The translations under genes and the position numbers were made by a program. Of a stretch of 64,000 nt of DNA, positions 10,776 through 22,052 are shown piece after piece. Source of the DNA: Microcoleus sp. (GTDB lineage Bacteria; Cyanobacteriota; Cyanobacteriia; Cyanobacteriales; Microcoleaceae); contig CP181291.1 in assembly GCA_052279835.1 (NCBI GenBank), positions 3,808,001 to 3,872,000 of the forward strand, written 5' to 3'. The notes under the pieces were generated by a model that was given only the letters and a program-made list of their open reading frames with translations, had not been told where the DNA came from and made no database searches. Each line of letters begins with the position of its first letter. Position 1 is the first letter of the stretch.

Positions 10776-11393
10776 CTAGCTCTCGTACATCCGAGCTTCA
10801 GCCGCGTCTGGATTCTCCTCGCAATACTCGTCAAAAGCCGTTTTGTCCAGCTTCTGCGATCGCTGGTGAGAAGCCTCAGCCTGCATTTCCTCTACAATAT
10901 CCCAAGCTACCGCGCACTCTCTAGAAGTCACACCTTTTTCCGCACAAATAGTTCTGGCATCGGCGATCGCCTTATCTATTTCTTCATCAAATAAAACACT
11001 CTTCGGCTTCTCCAGAAAATCGCTTTTTGTCAATATATCCGTTACCGAAATAATGCCAACTAGCTTGTCTTTAATGACCGGCGCCCGACGGATGCGGGTA
11101 TTGGCGAACAACCTGGCCACATATTCCACGCCCAAGTCAGGATTCACCGTAATGCACGGCTTGGTCATAATCTCGAAGACGCGGACTTTTTTCGGGTCTA
11201 CTCCGTAGGCTGCTACTTTATAGACAATATCCGTTTCAGTCACAATGCCGTAGGCATCTTGTTCGTGGCGGCGTTCCACAATCAACGCGCGCAAACACAG
11301 CTCGTTCATCATCGCTACTGCTTCGGCAACAGTTGCCGAACCGCGAATGGTCACAACGTCTGTGGTCATAATATCTTGGGCTTTCATCATCAT
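10776..11393 (-). CDS. CBS-CP12 fusion protein
   Basis: Two CBS domains followed by a CP12 domain with CAVAWDIVEE. Confidence 0.92.
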   Translation of the reverse strand: MMMKAQDIMTTDVVTIRGSATVAEAVAMMNELCLRALIVERRHEQDAYGIVTETDIVYKVAAYGVDPKKVRVFEIMTKPCITVNPDLGVEYVARLFANTRIRRAPVIKDKLVGIISVTDILTKSDFLEKPKSVLFDEEIDKAIADARTICAEKGVTSRECAVAWDIVEEMQAEASHQRSQKLDKTAFDEYCEENPDAAEARMYES

Positions 11394-12030
11394 TTTTTAT
11401 GACTCCCTGCTAATTAAATCTACCTCGATCGTGTCAAGAAAAACCTTTTCGGTAAATTTTGATATTTATTTATTTCGTTTTCTCAAAATTGACAACAATC
11501 TAGTGCTGTGTAAATTTAATGTTAATTTTTTTTAAAAGCCTCAAGATTGAGACCAGACATTTTTAGCATGGCTATCTTTTTAAGGATAGACTTACTCATA
11601 TAACTATTATAGCCTAGTCGATGAATATTTTTAGAAAAAATTAGGTAAAGTTTTTTAAACATTCCCTCCCCCCCAACTCTTGTAATAGTATGAGTTGCCC
11701 AGAAACAGTAAATACACTTAAATTTCGATTTAAAAGGGTGTGCAGACGGTTGCCCGATGCTTTTTCGATCTAAAACTTCACAACCAATCACAGCCAACCA
11801 GGCAGGAGGCTCAGTCAATACTGACTATCGCCCCAGATGGCTCAGGTTTTTCCACTCTCTCCCACTCTCCTGTGGATAAATTTCCCACTGTCGGGTCTGT
11901 AAGAAGCAAAAGTTAACACAAACTAACTCAAGACTTACGCTCGCACAGATCCCCGCCTCTGATAAACTTGATTGCTGGGAGTGCAAAAAAAGCACAAGGC
12001 ACGCAGGACTCAGTTGGGAGGATATAGTTC

Positions 12031-13068
12031 GTGGACAATGCAATCGGTTTAGAGATTATCGAAGTAGTAGAGCAGGCAGCCATCGCCTCAGCTCGATTGA
12101 TGGGCAAAGGCGAGAAAGATGAAGCCGACAGAGTGGCTGTAGAAGCCATGCGCGAGCGGATGAACAAAATTCATATGCGCGGTCGCATCGTGATCGGTGA
12201 AGGGGAACGCGACGACGCACCCATGCTTTATATCGGCGAGCAAGTGGGTATTTGTACCCGCGAAGATGCTAAAGATGTCTGCAACATAGATGAATTAATC
12301 GAGATTGACATCGCTGTTGACCCCTGCGAAGGTACTAACCTAGTGGCTTACGGTCAAAACGGTTCCATGGCAGTTTTAGCAATCTCCGAAAAAGGTGGTT
12401 TGTTTGCTGCTCCCGATTTCTACATGAACAAATTAGCTGCTCCTGCGGCTGCCAAAAATCATGTAGATATTCGTAAGACACCAACCCAAAACCTCAAAAT
12501 TATCTCTGATTGTCTCGGCCGCAGTGTTGAGGATTTGGTGGTAGTGGTGATGGACCGCCCCCGGCACAAAGATTTAATTAATGAAATTCGGCAAGCGGGT
12601 GCAAGAGTTCGACTGATCAGCGACGGCGACGTCTCAGCAGCAATTTCTTGCGCGTTTTCTGGTTCTAATATCCACGCACTTATGGGTATTGGTGCAGCAC
12701 CGGAAGGTGTGATTTCAGCAGCAGCTATGCGCTGTTTGGGCGGTCACTTCCAAGGGCAGTTGATTTACGATCCGGCTGTTGTCAAAACTGGTTTGATCGG
12801 TGAAAGTAAAGAGAGCAATATCGCTCGACTTAAAGAAATGGGCATCACAGACCCAGACAAGATTTACAATGCTGAAGAATTGGCATCGGGGGAAACAGTT
12901 CTGTTTGCAGCTTGCGGAATTACTCCCGGAACGCTGATGGATGGAGTTCGCTTCTTTGGTGGCGGCGCTCGTACTGAAAGTTTGGTAATTTCTTCTCAGT
13001 CCAAGACTGCTCGGTTTGTGGATACAATCCATATGTTTGACCAGCCGAAATCTCTGCAATTAAATTAG
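12031..13068 (+). CDS. glpX: Fructose-1,6-/sedoheptulose-1,7-bisphosphatase, class II
   Basis: [39 protein letters not shown]. Confidence 0.97.
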   Translation: MDNAIGLEIIEVVEQAAIASARLMGKGEKDEADRVAVEAMRERMNKIHMRGRIVIGEGERDDAPMLYIGEQVGICTREDAKDVCNIDELIEIDIAVDPCEGTNLVAYGQNGSMAVLAISEKGGLFAAPDFYMNKLAAPAAAKNHVDIRKTPTQNLKIISDCLGRSVEDLVVVVMDRPRHKDLINEIRQAGARVRLISDGDVSAAISCAFSGSNIHALMGIGAAPEGVISAAAMRCLGGHFQGQLIYDPAVVKTGLIGESKESNIARLKEMGITDPDKIYNAEELASGETVLFAACGITPGTLMDGVRFFGGGARTESLVISSQSKTARFVDTIHMFDQPKSLQLN

Positions 13069-13269
13069 TCATTAATTAACAGTTAACTGTTGGCTTTTGC
13101 CTGTGGACTCTTGGCTGTTAACTTTTGAGTGTTAACAGCCAACCGTATCCTGTTGGGTTGTTGACAGTTGACTGTTGACAGTCACCAGTTATTAGCAATT
13201 AAGGATAAACTAAACACTAATGACAGGTGACTGTTGACCAGTAAAAAAAAATAGTGACAAATCACAGAT

Positions 13270-14562
13270 ATGAATATTGCAGTTGTAGGTCTTAGCCACA
13301 AAACAGCGCCGGTTGAAGTTCGCGAAAAACTGAGCATTCCAGAACAGAAGATTGAAGGGGCTATAGCCCAATTGCGTAGCTACCCACATATTCAAGAGGT
13401 TGCTATTCTCAGCACTTGCAACCGCTTAGAAATTTATATTGTTACCACCGAGTCGGAACCTGGTGTGCGGGAAGTTACTCAATTCCTGTCAGAATGCAGT
13501 AAAGTTCCTTTACAGTCTTTGCGACCTCACCTGTTCATCTTACTCCACGAAGATGCGGTAATGCACCTCATGCGAGTTGCTTCTGGTCTTGACAGTTTGG
13601 TTCTCGGAGAAGGGCAAATTTTGGCTCAGGTGAAACAAACTCACAAACTCGCTCAGCAGTATAAAGGTGTAGGCCGAATTTTGGAGCGCTTGCTTAAGCA
13701 AGCCATGACAGCAGGGAAACGTGTTCGCACAGAAACCAGTATTGGTACCGGTGCGGTTTCCATTTCTTCGGCGGCGGCGGAACTGGCTCAACTCAAAGGT
13801 CAGCATTTAGCAACCAGCCGGATTGCGATTATCGGTGCTGGTAAAATGTCCAGACTTTTGGTCCAGCATTTGCTTTCCAAAGGAGCTGGCCATATTGCGA
13901 TCGTCAATCGATCGCTCCGTGGTGCCGAGGAATTAGCCAACCTGTTTAAAGATGCCGAATTACATTTATATCAGCTTTCGGAAATGATGTCGGTAATTGC
14001 CAGTTCCGACTTGGTTTTTACCAGCACCGCTGCTACAGATCCGCTCTTAAATAAAGCTAAATTAGCAACTGTCTTAGAACCCGATCGCCCTTTGATGTTA
14101 GTGGACATTTCTGTCCCCCGCAACGTCGATTCTGATGTAAAAGAACTGACCAATGTCAAGTCATTTAATGTAGACGACTTAAAAGCTGTGGTAGCTCAAA
14201 ATCACGAAACCCGCCGCAAAATGGCAATGGAAGCTGAGGGCATACTCGAACAAGAAGTAGCAGCTTTTGATGTTTGGTGGCGCAGCCTGGAAACTGTTCC
14301 TACTATTAGCTGTTTGCGAGATAAGATAGAATTGATTCGGGAACAAGAGTTAGAAAAAGCTTTATCGCGTTTAGGTTCAGAGTTTTCCGAGAAACATCAA
14401 GATGTGATTGAATCTTTAACAAGAGGGATTGTGAATAAAATTTTACACGATCCAATGGTGCAATTACGCGCTCAGCAAGATATTGAGGCACGGCGACAAG
14501 CAATGCAGACTTTGCAAACACTGTTTAATTTGGATGTGGATGTCAATCAGCAGTATAGCTAG
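13270..14562 (+). CDS. hemA: Glutamyl-tRNA reductase
   Basis: [45 protein letters not shown]. Confidence 0.97.
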   Translation: MNIAVVGLSHKTAPVEVREKLSIPEQKIEGAIAQLRSYPHIQEVAILSTCNRLEIYIVTTESEPGVREVTQFLSECSKVPLQSLRPHLFILLHEDAVMHLMRVASGLDSLVLGEGQILAQVKQTHKLAQQYKGVGRILERLLKQAMTAGKRVRTETSIGTGAVSISSAAAELAQLKGQHLATSRIAIIGAGKMSRLLVQHLLSKGAGHIAIVNRSLRGAEELANLFKDAELHLYQLSEMMSVIASSDLVFTSTAATDPLLNKAKLATVLEPDRPLMLVDISVPRNVDSDVKELTNVKSFNVDDLKAVVAQNHETRRKMAMEAEGILEQEVAAFDVWWRSLETVPTISCLRDKIELIREQELEKALSRLGSEFSEKHQDVIESLTRGIVNKILHDPMVQLRAQQDIEARRQAMQTLQTLFNLDVDVNQQYS

Positions 14563-14677
14563 TTGATTTTTTGCCCTAATTCCCAGGCTCTGCCTGGGGA
14601 TTATTTCCCTCTGGTTTTCATGCTTATTTTTTTTGCATTAAATTAAAAAAAAACGTCATTTTTTTAAGCTTAAACGC

Positions 14678-14792
14678 TTGACTTTCCCAAAGTGATAACC
14701 TATTATTAGATAATGGGAGTGGTGGCAATTTTTTTATTTTTGCCACCACTCCCATTATCTAAAATATACCATGAAAAAATCGCCGAAGTCAA
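14678..14792. promoter_or_regulatory. 23-bp perfect inverted repeat flanked by two face-to-face sigma70-like promoters
   Basis: TTGACT-17-TATTAT on + (14678-14706); IR arms 14706-14728 and 14740-14762; TTGACT-18-TATATT on - (14792-14763). Confidence 0.6.
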
Positions 14793-14949
14793 TAGCTAAT
14801 CCTTATTTTTTAGGGCCGAGCAGTTATTGAAAGTAACAGAAAATTTGCGCTCTATACTTAATGAAAAAATAAAAAAAGGAAAGAAAAAATAAAAAAAGGA
14901 AATTTTTAACCGCAGATGAACTGCGGCAGATATTGATAGTGGCGAGAAG

Positions 14950-17900
14950 TTGAAGATGATGACTTTGAACAGGCGAATTTATCAAATAATTCTACTGATT
15001 GCGGGGCTAGGGCTGGTGATGGAGTTAGTTACCAGCCTGATAGCAGAAATTCTGTGGTTTCAGGAAGTTGGATATCTTCAGGTTTTGCTGTTGAGGCTGA
15101 AAACTCAAGGGTTGCTGGGGGTAATTCCCACTGCTATTTCTGCTGTTTTTTTGATGGGGAATTTAGCTTTAGCCCGCCGCCTCAAGCATCCCACTCAGGA
15201 AACCAAGTCGCTGAATTCGGGGGCGTTATTTGCTTCCGTAAATCTCACAAAAACGGTGCAGAATAATCAATTATCTCTGTCTAAACCTCCACAGGCATTT
15301 CCCTGGTTGCTGTTGTGCTTATTCGGATTGAGCGCGATCGCAGGTTTGATGGTAATTCATTGCGGGCTGTTAGCAGCAGCTAGCCTCGCCGATTTCAGTA
15401 TAGCCAGTGCACTGCCTGCCGGGCCAATTAATTTGCGATTTGAGCCCCTAGGGCAGCTATCTGTGCAGTTATTTTCTCATTGGTGGCAGTTGGGTTTACT
15501 GCTGGGACTGATGTTAGCCATGACTATTAAGCCGGATTTTTGGCTGCGGGCGATCGCCTTTTTTCTCAGTTTGGCGATCGGCATAATTACCGCCAGTCGC
15601 TGGACAAAAGTCTTGCTCTATTTCCACCCCATTAACTTTAACACCACCGACCCTATTTTTAATCAAGATATTAGCTTTTATGTATTTATTTTGCCCATAT
15701 TAGAATTGTGCGCCTTCTCACTGACTGTGGTATTTTTGTATGGTTTAGTATCTAGCATTTTTACCTATTTACTATCTGCCAACAGCTTGAGTCAAGGAAT
15801 CTTGTTGACGTTTTCGCGATCGCAGCAGCGACACTTATATGGCTTAGGCTCACTTTTGATGCTAGCCATCGCCTTCCTCTATGGACTAGCTCGTTACGAA
15901 TTGCTGTACTCGCGGGGAGACGTTACTTACGGGGCTAATTATGCTGATGTCACAGTGCGACTGCCCTCCTATGGATTTGCCAGTGTTATGGCGCTCGCGA
16001 TCGCACTTTTTATGCTCTGGCAAGTCGGTAAATTAAAGATTAAAAGTAACCCCTTTAAATCCCTTGTCATTAGTTTGGTTATAAGCTGTTTATCTTTAAT
16101 TTATTTACTGCCAGTAATCGTGCAATTGTTAATTGTCAACCCCAACGAAATAGCCAAAGAAAGACAATATATTCAGAGAAGTATTACCTTTACTCAACAA
16201 GCATTCAATCTCAACAAAATCGAAATAAAAACTTTCGATCCAGAAGGTAAATTAAGCTATAAAGACTTGGAAAAAAATCAGCTTACCATCAGCAATATCC
16301 GCGTCTGGGACAAACTGCCCCTACTGCAAACCAACCGACAGTTGCAACAAATTAGACCTTATTATAAATTCTTAGATGCTGATATCGATCGCTACACAGT
16401 TAAAAACCAGAAAACCGCAAAACAAGATGCCGACAGCCAACAAGTCATTATCGCCGCTAGAGAATTAGACTACACAGCAGTTACTCCCGAAGCTCAAACT
16501 TGGGTTAACGAACACCTGGTATACACTCACGGTTATGGCTTTACTCTTTCTCCCGTCAATACTATCGGTGCCGGCGGTTTACCCGATTATTTTGTCAAAG
16601 ATATTGGAGTTGAAGCGAGGGGGGAGACGGCTTTAGACATCACTAGCGATCGCCTTCGAGCCAGTATACCCATCGGGCACCCCCGCATTTATTACGGCGA
16701 AGTCACCGATACCGACGTGATGGCACTTACCAAAGTTAAAGAATTCGACTACCCCAGCGGTGAAGACAATGTTTACAATACATACAGTGGTAAAGGCGGA
16801 ATTGCCATAGACTCTCTGTGGAGACGCTGGTTATTTGCTAATTATCTCAAAAATTGGCAAATAGCTTTCACCCGCAATTTTACACCCCAAACTAAGTTGT
16901 TGTACCGCCGAAATATTAACAAAAGAGTACGAGCGATCGCTCCTTTTTTGCGCTACGATTCAGACCCCTACTTAGTAGTAGTCAACGCCCAGATTAGTCA
17001 AACTAATTTCCGAGAAAAAGCAGCCAAGAAAACAACCAAAAATATCCAGTCTTCCCCCTCACTCAATCAGAATTATCCCAACTACCTTTACTGGATTGTC
17101 GATGCCTACACTACCAGCGATCGTTATCCCTATTCCGATCCCGGAAAAAATGAATTTAACTATATCCGCAACTCGGTAAAAATAGTCATTGATGCCTACA
17201 ACGGCTCTGTAGACTTCTACGTTGCCAACCCCTCAGACCCCGATAATCAACAGTTGGATGGCTATTTTTCCAGCACTCTTCAAACCTCTTGACAAAATGC
17301 CTCCGGCTCTCCGCAAACATCTCAGATACCCAGCAGATTTATTGAGCGTTCAATCCGAACGCCTGTTAACCTATCACATGGAAGACCCTCAAGTATTTTA
17401 CAATCGAGAGGACTTATGGCGAATTCCCAATGAAATTTACGGCAGCGAACAGCAACCAGTAGCACCCTATTATTTGATTACAAAACTACCGACTGAAAAA
17501 TCAGAAGAATTTATTTTGTTACTGCCATTTACCCCTGTCGGTAGGAACAATTTAATTGCTTGGATTGCGGGGCGATCCGATGAGGGCGATTACGGAAAAT
17601 TGCTACTGTACCAATTTCCCAAACAGCGATTAGTTTATGGTCCTGAACAAATAGAAGCTTTAATCAACCAAGATCCTGTTATTTCGGAACAAATATCTCT
17701 GTGGAATCGCCAAGGTTCAAAAGCAATTCAAGGAAATTTATTAGTCATTCCCATAGAACAATCTTTACTCTACGTTGAACCTTTGTACTTAGAAGCCGAG
17801 CGCAATAGTTTACCCACTTTAGTAAGAGTGATTGTTGCCTACGAAAACCGCATTGTCATGGCCGAAAATCTGGACGCAGCGCTGAAAGCACTATTTCAGC

Positions 17901-17965
17901 CTCAAGCTATCAATAAACCCGCCATCGTCCGTCCTGTAGAAGGAGCAACACCGGCTTTAAACTAA
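14950..17965 (+). CDS. UPF0182 family membrane protein, apparently frameshifted at CCCC 17238-17241
   Basis: [24 protein letters not shown] and YIRNSVK in the first [18 protein letters not shown] and GNLLVIP in the second. Deleting one C gives ...DPIINSW... Confidence 0.9.
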
Positions 17966-17978
17966 TACTATTAGCAGT

Positions 17979-18689
17979 TTAATTCAAATTCTCTTGAGGA
18001 GCAGCCTTGATATCCTGCCACCAAACATAGACATAGGGCCATATCAATTTTTCATCTCCAACAGCATCTACTTTCACTGTCACTTCATAACGGCCAATAT
18101 GCGTGAGTTCCCCAAGTTTGCCATTCCACTGTAACCGATCGGGATTATCAGTGCGAATTTCTACCCTTTGATTCAAAAGTGGCAGCATCTGCTGGGAAGA
18201 ACCATAAAACGGATTTTTGCCTTTGAGGATATAGCCACCAATCAAAAATAAATACATTAAAGCCATAAAAAATAGCGTACACAAACCCATAATTAACAGT
18301 ATTTTTTGTGGCGAAAAACGGCTATAAATACTGGTAATTCCTAGAATAAGAGTTACGAAAAATAAAAAACTTGGCAGCACCAGGGAATCTTCCAGAAACA
18401 CCGTACCAAACAAGATCGGGACTAATTGACAAACCAATAATCCACTCGCCCTAGTCCACACATTTAGCAACGATGAAGACAGCACCCAATGTATTACTGT
18501 AGTAAGTGCTGTACCAAGAGCAATCATCATTCCTATTACCCAAAGCGGTACCGCATAATCGTACTCTCTGAAGGGAAGAAGAACAAAAAATATTACAGCA
18601 CATACAAAGCCAGCGGAAACTAATCCCAATCCACTTAATATATCATTCCACTTGAGCATTATTGAAACATCACTACATCTAGCCTGCAT
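17979..18689 (-). CDS. Hypothetical multi-pass membrane protein with short soluble C-terminal domain
   Basis: About 5 hydrophobic segments followed by a polar ~70-aa tail. Confidence 0.6.
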   Translation of the reverse strand: MQARCSDVSIMLKWNDILSGLGLVSAGFVCAVIFFVLLPFREYDYAVPLWVIGMMIALGTALTTVIHWVLSSSLLNVWTRASGLLVCQLVPILFGTVFLEDSLVLPSFLFFVTLILGITSIYSRFSPQKILLIMGLCTLFFMALMYLFLIGGYILKGKNPFYGSSQQMLPLLNQRVEIRTDNPDRLQWNGKLGELTHIGRYEVTVKVDAVGDEKLIWPYVYVWWQDIKAAPQENLN

Positions 18690-18774
18690 CTACGGTCAAA
18701 AAATCTCACTTTACGCAACTCTCCTATCGGTGATTGAGTGGGTGCTTAACTATTTGCTGCGGTCAGGATATCAT

Positions 18775-19725
18775 TTACCGAGGATCGATCGACCTCACAA
18801 ATTGCTGCAACGGCTTTGGTAGGGCCGGAACAAAAGTCTTTCTAAAACCTTTAACATCAAACACCCGCCACAAAATACCCACCGCTACCATCAAGAAAAA
18901 TAAGGCTCCCAAAAAATTGAACGTGTTAGAAATAAAACTGTCACCCCTTTTTTTGGGAGCAGTAATGTGTTTCATGCGATAGACAGCCGGCGCCATTTCT
19001 CTCGGTTCCTCCCGACTGCGAGGCGGCTTTCTCGGACGCGAACTGGAAGTAAGATTCTCACTAAAAGGCGTTTTATTCGTTTTAATATAACTGCTAGCCG
19101 AATTCATTTCAAAATTGCTGCGCGTCCCCGTTAATTTACTAGCTGAGGACCCAGCTTGGTTGATACTATTTTCCTCAATTCTACTGCGGCTCCGCTGATT
19201 TGATTTGCGTTCGGCAAGGGTTCGCATCAAACTTTGTAATTGTTGAGTTGCCGCCGCTGGACGTTCCCCCTTCCTGGCCCAATTTAACATCATGGCCCCG
19301 GTAATGCCACAGAGATTTGTACTTCCTACAGAAGCTATTCGTTTGAGTAGAGGCTGGGTGTTGGAAACAAACACTACGAGTGCGTCTGGGTGTTCCTGAG
19401 CTAAACCGTAAACGCACTGAGCCGTTGCAACGACTAGCATTGCTTGTGTGCTTTGATTTTTAATCGAAGGTTCTAGGGATCTGTGCGTTTCTTGAGCATC
19501 AGTTACAATCCAGCCACTGTCTGCAAAAAAGCGCATAAACTCCCTAGCTACTTGCTCTTGAGATTTTTCTACTGCTTTCCCTGTCAAATAATCTATTTCG
19601 TCATATACTACTTCCGGGAGATAGCAACTTCCCACTTTGGCATATTCTTGCCACACTTGGGTTCTGCCAGCCATCAAAACATCTGCATCAAAAGTTACCA
19701 ATACAGGAGGAAGTTGATTAGCCAT
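18775..19725 (-). CDS. PIN-like domain protein with C-terminal TM anchor
   Basis: N-terminal VTFDADVL and LPEVVYDEI PIN-type motifs, low-complexity linker, C-terminal hydrophobic helix. Confidence 0.7.
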   Translation of the reverse strand: MANQLPPVLVTFDADVLMAGRTQVWQEYAKVGSCYLPEVVYDEIDYLTGKAVEKSQEQVAREFMRFFADSGWIVTDAQETHRSLEPSIKNQSTQAMLVVATAQCVYGLAQEHPDALVVFVSNTQPLLKRIASVGSTNLCGITGAMMLNWARKGERPAAATQQLQSLMRTLAERKSNQRSRSRIEENSINQAGSSASKLTGTRSNFEMNSASSYIKTNKTPFSENLTSSSRPRKPPRSREEPREMAPAVYRMKHITAPKKRGDSFISNTFNFLGALFFLMVAVGILWRVFDVKGFRKTFVPALPKPLQQFVRSIDPR

Positions 19726-19803
19726 AACTTTACCCTAGATGCTTAGATAAGTGATTTTTACTCGATACATTAAGTTTAAACCAATTGTGAGATTTTCCAT
19801 TAG

Positions 19804-19940
19804 TTGATACTCCCCACTGATGAATCAGGGGGATTCTTGACTAAGACCACAAAGGGACTTTCAAAGGCGTTATCAAAGCACCTCTACTGACTCCCGTGAA
19901 CTACGCACCAAGCTTGTTTAATTGCCCAGTCTTTACCTTG
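19804..19940 (-). mobile_element. Orphan IS200/IS605-type right end (non-autonomous remnant)
   Basis: Minus strand ends AAGAATCCCCCTGATTCATCAGTGGGGAGTATCAA, i.e. a subterminal hairpin followed by TCAA; no tnpA or tnpB nearby. Confidence 0.5.
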
Positions 19941-19966
19941 TATTGGGATTTTAAGTTGAACTTGAC

Positions 19967-21586
19967 CTAGTTGCCAATACCTAAACGCCCAGCTAAAGCT
20001 GGAGTCCACGGCAAAAGTATAGCAATCATCAGAAACAAAGCCAACAAACCCAATGCTGCGCGAGCGTCGTCAGGTTCAGTTAGCTCGTTGAGGGATGGCC
20101 GCTCTAAATTCCGCTGTAAAATCAGAATCACCAGCGCCCAATACAGGGCTAAAGGATTAACTAAAGAAGCGATCGCTAATACCCCAAAAGTCACCAAAGT
20201 CGCGCGATTAGCAGTTTTCCTGCCGTAGATTGCTTGGACGATTCTACCGCCATCCAACTGTCCGGCTGGCATCAAATTAATCGCTGTAATCACCAAGCCC
20301 AACCAACCGATAACCACCAGAGGATGAACGTCCACAAGCTGCTGGTGCAAAGCGGAACCCAAAACCACTTTTGCCAAAGTTCCTACTAAAACTGAACCCT
20401 TAAAGAATTCTGCGGGAATTTGAAACAAACTGCCGGGGTGAGAAAGTAGCAAACCGACTGCCAGCATCAATAGAGCAACTATTCCCCCGGCTGCTTCCCC
20501 CGCCATGGAGATGTCAAATAGGACTTTGCGGTTAGGTAGCAGGGACTCAAAACGATCGATCGCCCCAAAAGAACCTATTTGCCAAGTTGGTATAAAAAAT
20601 GGCCAACTCAAGTTAATCTGATACCGATTTGCCACGACTCGGCGAGCAATTTCACGAGAGCCTAAAACCGCCCAAATTCCTGCTGCAATGGGTAAAACTT
20701 CTGGGTATCTCGCTGGCGAACTAAAGAAGTCAAAACCCCGGAGCAATCCACTGGTTTCTAATGTAGTAGCAATTGTTGCTACGAGCAGCACCACTGCTAG
20801 GATTTTTTGAGATAGGGTACTTGGCTGGGGGTCGTTGTCGCTGGGTAGGACGATAACTACCGGTTTGTCGTCTTGATTTTCTACTAAAAACAGTCGGTAG
20901 CGCGAACCCAGTCTGGCTTGTAAACTTGCCGACAACCGCGAGTGTACTTGTTCTGGATCTCCCCGCAGATTCCCTTTTAAAATCAACCCGTCTTGATAGG
21001 GAATTGTTTCTGTGGCAAAGAAAGTATCGATGCCAAAGATACCTTGAATTGCTTTTAAGTCTTCGGCGGGGACTGGAATGATTTCTAATGGATTAGTGTT
21101 GGGGGATGAGGTTACAGTTTTAACTGGTTGTGTGGGGGGGTCCGGCGGGGACTCTGGGGCCAAATTGCCATCGTTGACCGACTTTTGTTCCCTAGCATCG
21201 GGAGTATCAGCGCGCGATCGTAACACTCTATCTCCCGCAGCCGATCGCAGTTCCCTGCCCAGATAAATGTACAATCCGGTTGATACTACTAGCATCAACA
21301 ATACCGCCACTAGATTTAGGTAAATGCCAGCAGAGAACAAACCAAAAAACAACAGCCAGGGAGTCATCAGCACTACTGACTGCAACCAAGCTAAAATCCC
21401 TAGTTTGCCTTCTTGTTTGGCGCGATAAAAACCCCTACCTAGGATTCCTACAGCAACTAATAGTAGGACAATAGTTGCCGTATTTTCCGATGTCATCATT
21501 GTTTCCATTCCTGTGGCTGGCGCTAATAGTATTAAATTTGGGGGAATATAAAATAAAGTTGCTGCGAACATATCCAAGTGTTTCAT
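19967..21586 (-). CDS. Site-2 protease (M50) family membrane protein; start uncertain
   Basis: DTFFATE, GSFGA, NLMPAGQLDGG. The HExxH position reads REIAR, so Zn ligands appear lost. Confidence 0.85.
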   Translation of the reverse strand: MKHLDMFAATLFYIPPNLILLAPATGMETMMTSENTATIVLLLVAVGILGRGFYRAKQEGKLGILAWLQSVVLMTPWLLFFGLFSAGIYLNLVAVLLMLVVSTGLYIYLGRELRSAAGDRVLRSRADTPDAREQKSVNDGNLAPESPPDPPTQPVKTVTSSPNTNPLEIIPVPAEDLKAIQGIFGIDTFFATETIPYQDGLILKGNLRGDPEQVHSRLSASLQARLGSRYRLFLVENQDDKPVVIVLPSDNDPQPSTLSQKILAVVLLVATIATTLETSGLLRGFDFFSSPARYPEVLPIAAGIWAVLGSREIARRVVANRYQINLSWPFFIPTWQIGSFGAIDRFESLLPNRKVLFDISMAGEAAGGIVALLMLAVGLLLSHPGSLFQIPAEFFKGSVLVGTLAKVVLGSALHQQLVDVHPLVVIGWLGLVITAINLMPAGQLDGGRIVQAIYGRKTANRATLVTFGVLAIASLVNPLALYWALVILILQRNLERPSLNELTEPDDARAALGLLALFLMIAILLPWTPALAGRLGIGN

Positions 21587-21848
21587 TCAATAACTAGCCA
21601 GATCAATAAGGATAACCTCAGAAGGGCACTCGCCGGACAACCTGTTTCTGCTATCTTCAGTTCAGTTGATTTAACTATTGACAATTAAACTTTTTTATGG
21701 TATTGCCATCGAAAAATTGTCCCATGATGGTCGATCGGGGTCAACAGATTGGGAATTGGGGATTGTCCTGAGTCAAATCATAGTCACAGAGCTCGATAAT
21801 GACCCAAAAATTGGTTAACCACCGCGTGTGGAGGCACACAATAATTGA

Positions 21849-21924
21849 AAACAGTTGTTGTGTAAAGGTTTTAGTTAACGGGTACGGTAGGACTCGAACC
21901 TACGGCTCGCTGCTTAGAAGGCAG
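21849..21924. repeat. att direct repeat, distal copy (tRNA-Arg 3' 46 nt plus 30 nt of flank)
   Basis: Exact match to 29857-29932. Confidence 0.95.
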
Positions 21925-22052
21925 TAATGTCAAACTCTTGAATCGTTTTATACATAAGCCTTTCAACCTTTGGTTACACAAAACCAAACCAAGATGCACA
22001 ACAATTGCACAACAATTTGATATTGTAAGTCTGTAGAGTTGAGGGCGCAATC

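Noticed and set aside
11400..12030. LysR-type (ATAG-N8-CTAT-like) sites upstream of glpX
   Set aside because: Only imperfect matches in AT-rich DNA
21879..21924. Second tRNA-Arg gene
   Set aside because: Only the 3' 46 nt are present; it is the att duplicate
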